A stretch of DNA of 33,245 bases from Craspedostauros australis. Its lineage: Eukaryota. The translations under genes and the position numbers were made by a program. Location of the stretch: NCBI GenBank assembly GCA_030167865.1, contig JALAGF010000480.1:62001-95245 (forward strand), written 5' to 3'. The notes under the pieces are model-generated. The model was not told where the DNA came from. It did not search any database and worked only from the letters and a program-made list of their open reading frames with translations. Of the stretch, positions 18,121 to 29,831 are shown piece by piece (position 1 is the stretch's first letter; every line of letters starts with the position of its first letter).

Positions 18121-21100
18121 ATGGAACTGACACAAGACGACTCCATTGTTTGGGAGGCCCAGCCTCGACACGATGAACGATGGAGGAGGAGGATGGAAGA
18201 GCTGGGTGGGATGTCGCCCTGCAACAGCACCTGCAGCGATGAACCAACCACAGTCTCCACTCCATCTTCAGCAACAGCTGCTGCTGCTGCTGCGAAGGCC
18301 GCCAGGGCAAAGAGGAACTCCAATGGTTCCAGCGACGACCCAGCGCATTTGCTGCTTGCATCATCCTCCTCATCCTCCTCAACATCGAACTTGGGAGGCA
18401 TTCAACGCAGCCTTGATGGGTCGTTCGCCCTTGAGTTCTCCAGCCATCCTCAACGCAGCAAGCGACAAGGTGGGAAGCAAAGAGACGGCAACGGATCAAG
18501 ACCAGCACACAAGTCCTCCACGTCCACGACCACGCTGACATCCGCACTTGCAGCCACAGCCGCAGCGACAACCGCACACGAAGGACGGTCGCAGGACTCC
18601 GCAACGCCAAAAGATGCCTCCGAGAAAACCACACCAGTTGCCACAAACAAGCACGGACAAAATCACGTCGACGATACGAGAAAACACGTTCATGGTGGAC
18701 ACGATGAATTCCCTGACAACACGAGCACCCAGCAAAGCACTCCCAACACCACACCGCAACGCAAACGCCATCTCGACGGCTCTTACGTCACGTCCCGTCA
18801 GTCAAGGCGGTCCACCGGCCGCGCCGCAGCCTCGTGGTGGAAGCGAACCGGCCTGGCAGATGCGTCTATCGCTAGTGCCGCGCCGGGTGCTATCCACATG
18901 ACTCTCGAGCATCAGCAGCGGCAGCAACAGGAGGGGGACGACGTGACTGGCGGCGCCCCAGCTTCGATCTTCACGCTCACCTCCATCGATGCTCATGCAC
19001 GCCACGACTCCAACGGTGGCGATGCTGGCGCTCAAAGTGCAGGCAAGGAAGCAGCAGCATCCTCATCGTCAATAAACGCCGCTCAACCCCCGCCTCCGTC
19101 TGACGATGGAGATGTCTTTGCGCATTTGGCAGATGAAATCATCACGACCAACAGCAAGGATCACCAACCCAAGACAACATCCATCAAGCAAGAAGAGATG
19201 ACGCAGCAGGACATGACTCGTCCTGACCACGACGTGGATTCGACCAACGAAGACACCTCCTCCACTTCCGCAAGGCCAAGTCGCAAGAGCAACGATCCGT
19301 CGCCTGTCACTTCGTTGCGTCCCTCTGTAACATGTCAGCCGTCTGTTCCTCCGCTGCCTTCCAGCACTGATAGTCTCGCCAATACAACAACATCCACTAC
19401 TGCTTCTACTTCTGCTGTTACCAACGCCAATACAAACACCAGTATACAAACCAATCCAAACGCTACTCCCAATGCTCCCACTACCTTGGGCGACGATGCA
19501 TCGAATCCGAACTTTCGTGCCCGCAGGGCTACAGTGGATCAAAGCACTGGACATACACATACACATTCAGGTTCCAGGATGCTAATGCCGAAACAGGAGC
19601 CTCTATCGATGGAGGAGGCGATCCGGAATCTACCGCCAGCCATCAACCCACCAAGCCAAAGGACCATCATGCAGGCCACGCTCAACCAGAGCCAAAACCA
19701 GCCCTTATCGAGCCAGTCAGCCGTAACAGGTTCTCCATTCTCCCTGCGGGGCGGCGGCGGAGCGATGTCGCCAACGCCATCACAAGAAGAGCTTCTTCTC
19801 GCAGCGCTCGAACGAAACGAAACAAGACGATGCAGTTCTGCTCTGATCAATCGCGAATTGGCCGAAGGGCGAGATGGCAATCATGTCCACCGCACCACGA
19901 CAGCGTGCAATGAAAAGAAAGCCAACAAAGTGGACGGTGAGAGCAGTCGCGCAGGAACAGCCCCGACCAACAGCGGTAGCGCTGCCCGTCGCGCGCAACA
20001 GCCGGCGGCCGAACCAACAAAAGAAGCGATTCGCATCAAAGATGAAGAAGGAGAAAGCAAGGAGGAACAAGATGAGTTCGATGATGAATTTGATGAATTC
20101 GATTTCGGTGACGCTGACATCGTTGCGATCGATAATCTGGTTGCGGCATCAGCACAAACAGTTGCGCAAACCAAGAACAAGCAAGCCCCCTCGGACCAAG
20201 CAGATGGTGACAAAAAGCGACAACGCTTCCAACCACCAACCCCGCTCGTAACCTCCTCCTCTTCCACTCTCGCTGCAACTGATCGTTCACCCATCGCATC
20301 CGCTGCATCAATTGCCCATCCGAACCATGCACGTTCCGATGAGGGCAACAGAGAAGTCGCGCAGGTTTCCACCGGTACTTCAAATCATCGATCAGCTCAC
20401 AATCCACCTGAGATCAACCCCAGCATGACCATCACCAGCAACACCGCCAACAACAACAACAGCAACAACAAAGACCCCGGCGGAGACGATGATGATGACG
20501 AATTTGGCGATGATGAATTCGGTGACTTTCCGGACATCGATTTCGAGGCGGTCGATGAGCAGATCAACACGGCAATGACGCAAGGCGACGGTCAAGATGC
20601 ACAAAATCCCATAGATCTGATGGAGGATCAAGTGACAGCAGCGAACCTACCATCGCAAGTTCACAATGTGAGACAGGAGCATTGTTTTGAACGAAGCAGC
20701 GAGTACCCGTGCTTCTCTCGGTACAAGGTCGTCGAAGTTGAATCTGACACGCAGTTCTTCGTGAAGACCTTGGCCCTGGCTGCATGGACGGACCGAATGC
20801 GTCAGGAGGAGATCGAAGAGAAGCAGATTCACAGAGACGCCCGCGTTAAGGTCGTGGCGGATGCAAAAGGCAACGGTGCTCACAGTGATGAGAAGCACGG
20901 CTCCGGCATCTCGTCGGCCACCACGCTCGCTCATGCGAAATGCGGCAAAGTATTTCTTCGCGGGGAGTGGTATCACACAATCGTCGAGGCAGGCGACACC
21001 GTCCACATCTGCTCCTTGTCAGGCAATTACCGCACAGACCCAGCAGCGCTGCCGATCATTTTGGACACTCACCCTGCAGATGGCAGCGACATCGACGACT

Positions 21101-24100
21101 TGGTGCTTGTCATGCATCCCGATTCTCTCATGACCGCAACCATTGTCAGCGATACTCTTGGCAGCAGCGGCTGCACGAGACGCGCCGTCGTGAAGTCAAG
21201 GCTGGGGTCAGCCGGCATGACCTCGTCGCCAGCCTTGCTCGGAACGATGCGCCACGACTTCTTCGGGAAGTGCTTGATGCGTCCAAATCTCTCATTCGAA
21301 ACCGCACGGGCGATTGCCCACGCCATTGTTCGCGAGAATGCTGAAAACATCGTCGGTTGCGGCATGACGGACCGTGAAGCTCTGAGCGGTGTCCTTGACA
21401 CCTTGCCACAAGCTAGATCCTTCATGAACATGTACATGGCGAACGGGCAAGCGGACCGGCCTACGGATGCCTACGCGCTGTTGGAGGGCCATAACTACCA
21501 AGCGAGCGTTCGCGTATTGATCAATTCCATCGTCTCCATCGAAGACCCCTTGATATCATCAGAGCTCGGGTTGAAGGGAAACATGGATGTGATCGTTGAT
21601 GCCAACATCAAGCCAGAAGGCCACAGCACAAGCTCGGCTTCAGACAGCCTCTTTGCTCAGCCCAACGAAAGCGCAACAACGAAGAAGTTGATGGTGCTGG
21701 AATTGAAAACTGGGTACAACCAGAACACGCAGCTGTCGCACATGGCGCAGCTTGGCCTGTACACATTGATGCTGCAATCTAGACATGGGGTTGGCGACGA
21801 CAGCGACGTTTCATCACCCCGACATGGATCAACTGCATCCAAAGCGAGCCACGCATCCAACGGCGGGTTCCTGCTCTATCTCAACCACAAGGGCATCAAG
21901 TCAGCGCATGCATCGCCCCACCTGAATCAAGTGATGAGCTTGATTGGGCAGCGGAATGTCGTTGCCAGCGAACTCAAGCGAGCGTCGCGGCCGAAGGGGC
22001 TGAAACTGTCGTACGAAATGGAAGAGGGCGAGCACGATTTTCACAAATGGTCCGTCTCCGTCACGCTGCTTGTTCCTTTCTATTGCAGTTGCTTGCTGAT
22101 CCAGTCTTGATGTGTTTCTGTATTTCGCAGGCTTGCGATACATACTCGCACACGTGCAGGCGCACGCAACCGTGTGTGTCCAAGCGTCGTACATGAACCC
22201 CAATTAATCGTGTGAGTGTACTCATCTATCGTCCTTCATCATCATCATCATCATCATCGTTTTCATCACATCTACATACGACACCTATGATTCAAACATG
22301 GCACCATCCACAACTCTTTCGCAATCAGTGTATCCGTGACACCCGAGGAAACGGCTGTGCTGCCTGCGGTGTTGGCAACTCCCAACACCTGCACTCGGTG
22401 CTACGCCAATCGCGAATGTATGATGTTTGCCGCGTCAGCAATGGATGCGGAAGCTTCTCATGGACACGCTGGCAGCGTCGCGCAGACGCATGGGGAGTTG
22501 CTGAGCAAGCTCACAGGGCATCTTTCGCCGAATGATTTCCGCTATTTCCGCAAGTGGAATCGACTGATCGATTTGGAACATGATGCAACGGCAGCAAGCC
22601 CAGCGACCTCGTGGTTGCTGGACGCTCAACGCCGAGAGCACGAGACGGATGAATGCATTTCGAATCTCCGCTTTGAAGGTGGCAAGCCGACCAACAGGGC
22701 CAGGACAAGCTTTTCCATCATCTTCAAGCGGCAGCGGCCCTCTGGAACTGAAGGCGACAAGGCCAACACGATCTCGAAAGGTAGCTGCGTGATTGTCAGC
22801 ACCGATTCCACGATTTTCGACGAAACCATCCATGTGCTTGATGTTGATGCACGTGGCGGCAAGAACGACAGCCCCACCCGCCACGTTGGGAATCAGCGCA
22901 CGCGCAGAAAGACCAACTTTCGACGGATGCTCTTCGTGGTCCGAGGCATCGTGAGCGAATGCTCCAAGGACAAGATCCTCGTTAATGGATCCAAGGAAGA
23001 CCTCACCCGCCTTCGCAACCTCGTGGCAGGTTTCAAAAAGAGCACAGACGCAGATGCAGACGCACACGCAGCGCATGGTCAAAAACTGCCACCACCATCA
23101 TTCCAACCATCGCATTTGCCATTCCGTCTGGACAAAGACAACGCATCGACTGGCCTTGGCACGCTACGGCAAAATTTGATCAATTTCTTCACCATCGACG
23201 TCGTCGAAGGCGACGACTTGAAGATCCGCCAGCTCCGTTTCCAAAAGCTTCGCAAGTTGGTCGTCGACCTCGTCCCACCAGCATTTCGCGAAGTGGACGC
23301 GGGGACGCTCTTCAGCGCGAGCAGATCTGTCGGAGTTGTGCCAGGTTGCGACTTCGAATCCTTGCTGTTTGAGTTCACGGAGCTCAACCGAGACCAAACG
23401 GCAGCCGTCAACAAGGTGAGTAGCAATTTTGCCAGCATCGCGTGGGTGTTCCGTAACTCGATGCTCATACTTGATGCTGAACTGTGCGCTTGGCTTTTGA
23501 TGGTTGCGTGACGGCAATGTTGGAAGAGTACTCTACTGGTACAGACACGTCAACTTTGGGTAGGCCTGTGGACCCACTTCTCCTTTCAATTCTCTGTTCG
23601 CTGGTACGGTTGGTTGGTTGACCGATTGGCTGATTGGCTCACTCATTCACGTATGTCCTTATTCATTCATTCATTCATTCATTGAATCACTGCTGGTGTG
23701 CACTTTTGATCGCACTCGGCAGGTCGTCGCTGCTCAAGATTATGCACTGATCCAAGGGTTTCCAGGAACAGGCAAGACATCTGCCCTCACATTCATCACG
23801 AGGCTGCTTGTGGCCCGGGGACTCCGTGTTCTGGTAACATCGTACACGCACAACGCTGTCGATAACGTCGCGTTGAAGCTCATCAACGATGGGTTAATGG
23901 AACCCTGCGCCTCGACCGGTGTACCACCGCTCGTTCGAGTGGGGAAGGAGTCTGCTTGTCATGAAGATGTACGGCCAGTCCTGGCTCGCGAACTTGCGGC
24001 CAAACTGGAATCGAACGATCCGGTCAACGCGAATGCGGACAAGCACCCGCCATCTGCATCCATGCTGCAAAAGGTGATATCGGCTGCGAGAGTGGTGTGC

Positions 24101-25583
24101 TGCACGGCCTTGTCTGTGCCAAAGTCAGCACTGTTGCGCGGTCAAAGCTTCGATGTCGTGATTGTCGATGAAGCGGGGCAAATCAGCCAGCCGGCGATAT
24201 TGGGAGCCCTGATGATGGCGGACTCATTCGTACTGGTTGGTGACCATCTACAGCTGCCGCCTCTGGTGGTCAGTGATGTCGCAGAACAGCTCGGTAAGTG
24301 CGAGCGTCAGCGCGAGTGCGGTTGTAAATGAGTTGTAGTTGCTTTTGCCGAGCTGTGATGACCATACGTAACATTACGTCGCTGTGTCCATCGCTTTGCT
24401 CCGCGCCTCTCACCGATACTGATACTGTTGCTTTTTGTTTCGTCCACCACACACACAAACACACACGTACATTCTTTTGATTGTTGCAGGTTACGGCGAG
24501 TCGCTGATGTCAACGCTTGCAGATATTCATCCATCATCTGTGGTCCCGCTGACCTTGCAGTACCGAATGGCCAAGGATATCTGCAAACTCAGCAGCGACG
24601 CTGTCTACGCTGGCAAGATGAAATGCGGGACGCCTGCTATCGCCAATCGCCGGCTCGAGCTGCAGCATTATCCGCACGCGCTGCAGGCATTCACAACTCC
24701 AGGCTCTGGCTCTTGGTTGCGGGAGGTGTTGGATCCTGTTCATAACGTGATGTTTCTGGACACTGATCTGATCACGACGCGAATGGCTGCTGGCGGGAAA
24801 GGCAACAAGAGCTTCGGATTTTGTGGATTGGAAGGCAGGACGAGCGGGTACGGTGGAGGCACGACGAACGAAGCAGAGCACATCATCGTGCGGAGCGTAC
24901 TGCGCGGTTTGATGGCATGCGGGTTGCCGAAATCAAAGATCGGTGTGATGTCTCCATTCCGGGCACAGGTGTGTTGAGCTCTCTTTTGTGGTTCGCTGGT
25001 TGACTTGGTCACCACTTGTGCTCGTACCAAGATGCTGATAGTGGAATCAGTGCTTTGTTTGTATGGTGCCAAACGGGTACCATGGACGCTCGTGTATCTC
25101 CATTGGAAGTGTTCGGCATGTGTGGGGATGATGATCTGCATTTGTGGAAAGAAGAAGAAAAAAATCGACATCTCACTTGATTGCCTGTCCGTCCTGTTTC
25201 TTTGATGCATGTATTCGCAGCTGGAGCTTCTTCGGAGTCTGCCAGAGACCAAGAAATGGATCGAAGACGGGTTGGAATTCAGCACGATCGATCGGTACCA
25301 GGGACGAGACAAAGATGCAATTCTGATCTCATTCGTTCGCAGCAATACATCTGGCAATGCTGGCCGGTTGCTCCAGGATATTCGGCGTCTGAACGTGGCA
25401 CTGACGAGAGCGAAGAGCAAGCTGATTTTGATCGGATCATTCTCGACTTTGACGCAAGGCAGCGTTCCCCTAAACAGCATCCTGTGTGGCATCGATGGGC
25501 GAAATCAGCGCCTGGTTTTGAGACCGATCGCCCCAACGGAGGCATCAACAGCGGATGCAAACGTTAGCATGGAATTCGAGTAG
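18121..25583 (+). CDS. DNA2: DNA2 nuclease/helicase; exons 18121-22049, 22329-23415, 23723-24293, 24490-24968, 25221-25583; about 2142 aa
   Basis: OB region [18 protein letters not shown]. Fe-S cysteines GCTRR and [10 protein letters not shown]. Nuclease [29 protein letters not shown]1 helicase [69 protein letters not shown]. All introns are GT-AG and the exons total 6429 nt in frame. ATG 18121 is the first in-frame ATG. Confidence 0.93.
23662..23683. repeat. (TTCA)n tetranucleotide repeat in DNA2 intron 2
   Basis: ttcattcattcattcattcatt read directly. Confidence 0.75.
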
Positions 25584-25752
25584 ATGGATGGCAAAACAGC
25601 AACGCTCGTGCTGTGCTTTCCGGAGGTACTGTAACGGCATGCAAGAAGCATGTAAATTGAAAATCTGTTGAGTATGCCATTATACGAGTGAACGGATTTT
25701 GTCGACTTATCCCATGTTGAACCGGCACAACGGCGCACAGCCTTCGTCATGG

Positions 25753-27558
25753 TCAGCTGGCGTCTTCTGTGACGGCCATCGCTTCTGCCTTGGTCACGAT
25801 GTTTCGGATACGTTTCGATAATCCGCCAAGCCCTTGTCCTGTGACGCCGGCGCTGATGCCCATCACTTCGTTTTCCAACCGAATGCCCATGTCCGCAGCG
25901 ATCGCGTGCAGTTCACGCAGAACCTTCTGCTGCTGCGCTTCCGTCAGCAGATCCATTTTGTTGGCAACGAGCAATGCTGGCCGTTTCATCATGTCTCCGT
26001 CCGCGTATGCGGTTAGCTCGTTCGTGAGGATTTGCAAATCGCCGGTTGGGCTTCGACCATCGACGCCCGCAGCATCGACGATGTACAGCAGAGCCTTCGT
26101 GCGTTCTAAATGTCGCAGGAAGTCATGGCCTTTCCCTCTGCCTTCGGATGCTCCGGCGATGAGCCCAGGCACGTCGGCAGCACAAACACGGAAGCCGTCT
26201 CTGTATTCGATGTACCCAACCAAGGGATGCAGCGTCGTGAAGGGATACGGCGCGATCTCCGGTGTCGCTCGGCTCATGGCTGCCAGGAGACTTGATTTCC
26301 CGGCATTCGGGAATCCCACGAGTCCCACATCCGCAATCATCTTCAGCTCCAGCTCCAGTGCGGCCATCTCACCACTCGATGGAGAGGCCTTGTTGGTCAT
26401 GAGCTGCTGCGGCGGAAGAGGGCCGTGTCTGCTGCTGAAGATCGAGGATCCGATGCCTCCTTTCCCACCCTTGGCGACGATGCAGAATGATCCTGGCTTG
26501 TCGAGATCTGCCACCACCACCTGCTCTCGTTCGCCCCACGGCATGAAGTCGCTTAGATCGTCTTCATCGTAGAAACCATCAGGCTCGTCATCATCATCGT
26601 TGTCGCGATTTCGATTTGTGTTACTTGCATCGCCAACATCCGAGTCGTACTCGTCATCGTCATCTTCCTCGTCGCTGGAGTCGGATGTATCATCCGAGGA
26701 ATCATCATCGCTGTCTGTAGCACCGTGATGACCATCCATGCCAACGAAACCTCTTGGTTTTGCGCGCTTTGAAAGATCAGATATGCCCTCATCGTGCTCT
26801 GCCATGGGGTCGAACTCGAACTCGTCCGTTGGCTCCGAGGCGATCACAGTCTTCGTTTCCTCATCCCATCCGTCTGTAAAATCCAACACTCTTCGCACCA
26901 CGACGCCGCAGGGCACACGCAGAACTAGGTTCTTGCCGTTGCGTCCGTGCTTCTTCTGGCTGCTGCCGTGCTTTCCGTCGTCCGCCTTGACATGCGGCAG
27001 CGTCCAACGCAAGCTTTGCTGCTTGGCATCCGCCACGATGATGACGCTGCCTCCGTCCCCGCCGTGCCCGCCATCCGGCTGGCGTTTGTGCTTGCGCGAT
27101 ATCCGCAGCATGGACATGGAACCCTTGCCACCGTCACCTCCCTTTGCTCGCACGCGGATGCGATCGACGAAGCGATAGCTCTGCCGGCCCACGCCCTTGC
27201 GGCTTTGAGGAGTGCCTCTTGATTTTGCATGCTTCTTTTCTTTGAGTTTGCCCTTCTGGTTCAAGGCCAAGCGTTGCGCCACATTCCTGCTGTACTCCAC
27301 GTCGGGGTCATCCATTCCCGTCGACATGCAACGGAGCTGGTTGTTCATTCGCGATGCTCGATTGCGTGAGTATGAGCCTGAACATGAATATGAGTTCGAA
27401 TGTGAACGTCTTGGGGATGAAAGGAAGGACGCAGTGCTTTGTGGTGGCAGCGACGCATCAGGCACCGCTCGTCGCAAGCTGGCCATCGGCATCGTGCCAT
27501 AGCTCCTCCACGATCTTGAGCATCTCTCTGCGCACCATCGGAGATGTTGATGCCGCAT
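25753..27558 (-). CDS. obg: Obg/CgtA-family GTPase, probably the mitochondrial ribosome-assembly factor (MTG2/GTPBP5-like), 601 aa
   Basis: Obg fold FVDRIRVRAKGGDGGKG, PDGGHGGDGGSV, LRVPCG, AKGGKGG. G domain LELKMIADVGLVGFPNAGKSS, YPFTTLHP, DVPGLI, GHDFLRHLERT, NKMD, ISA. N-terminus is R/S-rich and almost free of acidic residues. Confidence 0.93.
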   Translation of the reverse strand: MRHQHLRWCAERCSRSWRSYGTMPMASLRRAVPDASLPPQSTASFLSSPRRSHSNSYSCSGSYSRNRASRMNNQLRCMSTGMDDPDVEYSRNVAQRLALNQKGKLKEKKHAKSRGTPQSRKGVGRQSYRFVDRIRVRAKGGDGGKGSMSMLRISRKHKRQPDGGHGGDGGSVIIVADAKQQSLRWTLPHVKADDGKHGSSQKKHGRNGKNLVLRVPCGVVVRRVLDFTDGWDEETKTVIASEPTDEFEFDPMAEHDEGISDLSKRAKPRGFVGMDGHHGATDSDDDSSDDTSDSSDEEDDDDEYDSDVGDASNTNRNRDNDDDDEPDGFYDEDDLSDFMPWGEREQVVVADLDKPGSFCIVAKGGKGGIGSSIFSSRHGPLPPQQLMTNKASPSSGEMAALELELKMIADVGLVGFPNAGKSSLLAAMSRATPEIAPYPFTTLHPLVGYIEYRDGFRVCAADVPGLIAGASEGRGKGHDFLRHLERTKALLYIVDAAGVDGRSPTGDLQILTNELTAYADGDMMKRPALLVANKMDLLTEAQQQKVLRELHAIAADMGIRLENEVMGISAGVTGQGLGGLSKRIRNIVTKAEAMAVTEDAS

Positions 27559-28502
27559 GTTGCAATGCTCACTGCGTTCAATTTGGTCGTCGGATCCAAG
27601 CAGGTGGGTAGTTGCGCGCCTTGTTGAGGGAGGTCGCCAAAGAGAGAGAAGTGGACAATTGCTCCGCTTTATGTGTGAGTACCAATAGTAGTACGGTGGG
27701 GAGCGGTGCGGGAGTTATGCTGATCCAGTAACTGGTTCCGGAGCGCCACCCCTTCAACGAAGTTGTGGGTTTGTTGGGGTGTTTCTGTGGTGCACAAAAA
27801 GAGGGATCTTTGTGGATGCTGATGTTTCTCGTGACCTGACTGAACGCGCAAAGTCCAGGTAGACTTGAGTATAGACAGTAGTCGATTCCTTTCTGTGGAT
27901 CGGTTCGAGCTAACCTGGCCTCACCAAGTGGGCACAAGATCCCATCGTTGCCTTACGGACTGACTTTCATCAATCTCATGCTGCCATCTTGACCATTTCG
28001 CAATCTGTGCAGATGCCATGGTTGGTTCAAACCAGTCCTCTTGTTGTCGACTTGGAGCTGTGGTTGTCAAATCCTTGTGGGTTACTGCTATTAGTACAAT
28101 CGTATGGCTGACATGCCTGCAATGCCGCACCAGTATCGTAAAGAACGCACCATCCAGCTCCGCTTGGAGTGTTGGCGGTGGTGCAATTTCCGCAAGTGTT
28201 TTTGGTGCTGGTGCAACCGCCAAAGATAATCGTGCTGTCCAAGGTGGGAAGGATGGAGGTGATGTCCATTGGCATGCTGTTCTTCATGGACCAGAGTAAC
28301 ATCACACAACACTACCAATCCACAAACGCAAGTATGAGCACTCTACGCCGTCAAAGCGCCATGGCGATTTATTACTCAATCTGCACGCACAAGCGGCGTT
28401 GCTAGTTTGGCGGTTCGAATAGAGCGAGCGCGTCGGCCGACTCCATCTCATGTTGTGATGGTGCAGGATCCGAAGTCAAATTCTCATTGGAGCTTTCTAT
28501 TC

Positions 28503-28800
28503 CAGCTGATGTGATGCATCCTGTTGTCCATTGGGCATGCATGTTGACCGTCGGACGCTTTTCATCAAATCAAAGCAAGCGCTCCACTATTTCCTTGCAA
28601 TTAATGTCGTAAGCAGTGTGAAACATCGTGTATCCATTGTGTTCTGAGAGGTGGAGGTTGATGCTGACATTGTCGTTGGCTTTGCTGAGGCAAAGCATAT
28701 CCTCCACTACACCCATATTAAACAACCCTTTGCAGGCAAACTGAAGGGGTGCCATTCCTGACTCCTTGGTGTTCCAAGAAGCAAGGCTGGTATTGGAGGT
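28503..28800 (-). pseudogene. Decayed ankyrin-repeat gene fragment
   Basis: Reads ..KESGMAPLQFACKG..NGYTMFHTAYDINCKEIVERLL*FDEKRPTVNMHAQ, two ankyrin-like units interrupted by an in-frame TGA at 28572-28570. It adjoins and overlaps a CpG-depleted tract. Confidence 0.55.
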
Positions 28801-29831
28801 GCCATGAACCTCCTCAGTCTTGCAAACTTGACAACATCTTCATGCTCTGCACTTCATGCTCTGCTGTGTGTTGCAACACATGTTGCCTCAGCACCAATGT
28901 GCATCATTTCATCTACATCTGCTCACAATTCAGACTTCAACAGATCTGAATTGGGATGGCATACATACCATCTAACATCAATTAACCACTCAGAGCACAC
29001 TGACAACTATCAAAATCTTCATTCTACTTCATTTGACGGACCTGATCACTCTCAATCTCAAAGTATGTACCCATTGTTGTCTGTGTTCTATCAGAGACTC
29101 TGAGAGGCATTGGATGAGCAATGGAATGAATAGCAAGTGAGATTGTAGCCACCACCACCATCATGAGCAGTTGCAAAGAGTATCTGTGAGTGGAACTTGC
29201 CAACAATTGCTGCGATCATGGTTGCAAATGGCTGGTGACTACCAAGGCAGCTGCTGATAGTGTGGTGGGACCAAATGGAAGAGATTTTTCTCCCCATGCA
29301 ACTCAGCACGCATCAATTCCTGGGCATCGATTGCACGTTTGCTTACAGTGCTCATGTTGGAGTGCACATGATGCCTGCTTCATGTAACACATATGGTATC
29401 ATCTTGCAGTGTGGATGATATGGGATGGTAACCACCGAACTGGGAGCTTGAGATTATGATAGCCGCTCAAGGCAGTCTCTCAGGGAAATGGATGATCTGG
29501 GAAGACAACCACTTCACCTCTCTGCGTGGCTGCGCACATGCCGTACTGTTTCGGAACAAGATGGTTCAATGGCACGACTGGGATGATCAGTGCACGACTG
29601 GAATGACATCGTGCGCGGCTGGGATCACTTTCGTCCAACCCACCATTGGGCTGCCCTGTGCGGTCGAAATGATGAACGGAAAGAGAGAGAGACAGACAGA
29701 TGACCTACTCGGAGACTGATTGAACGGCAATACTATTCTCTACAGAGGGCACGAGTGTGTTATGCACTCCATCTACGTCTCTCTTCTTCGTACCCGTAGT
29801 TGTTGTATTGTCCAATATAATGCTTCCCATC

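Noticed and set aside
16436-25583. Abi/CPBP protease next to a Cas4-like nuclease + SF1 helicase, superficially like a prokaryotic defence locus
   Set aside because: The nuclease-helicase is spliced, canonical eukaryotic DNA2. There is no repeat-spacer array or operon structure, so the adjacency is probably incidental.
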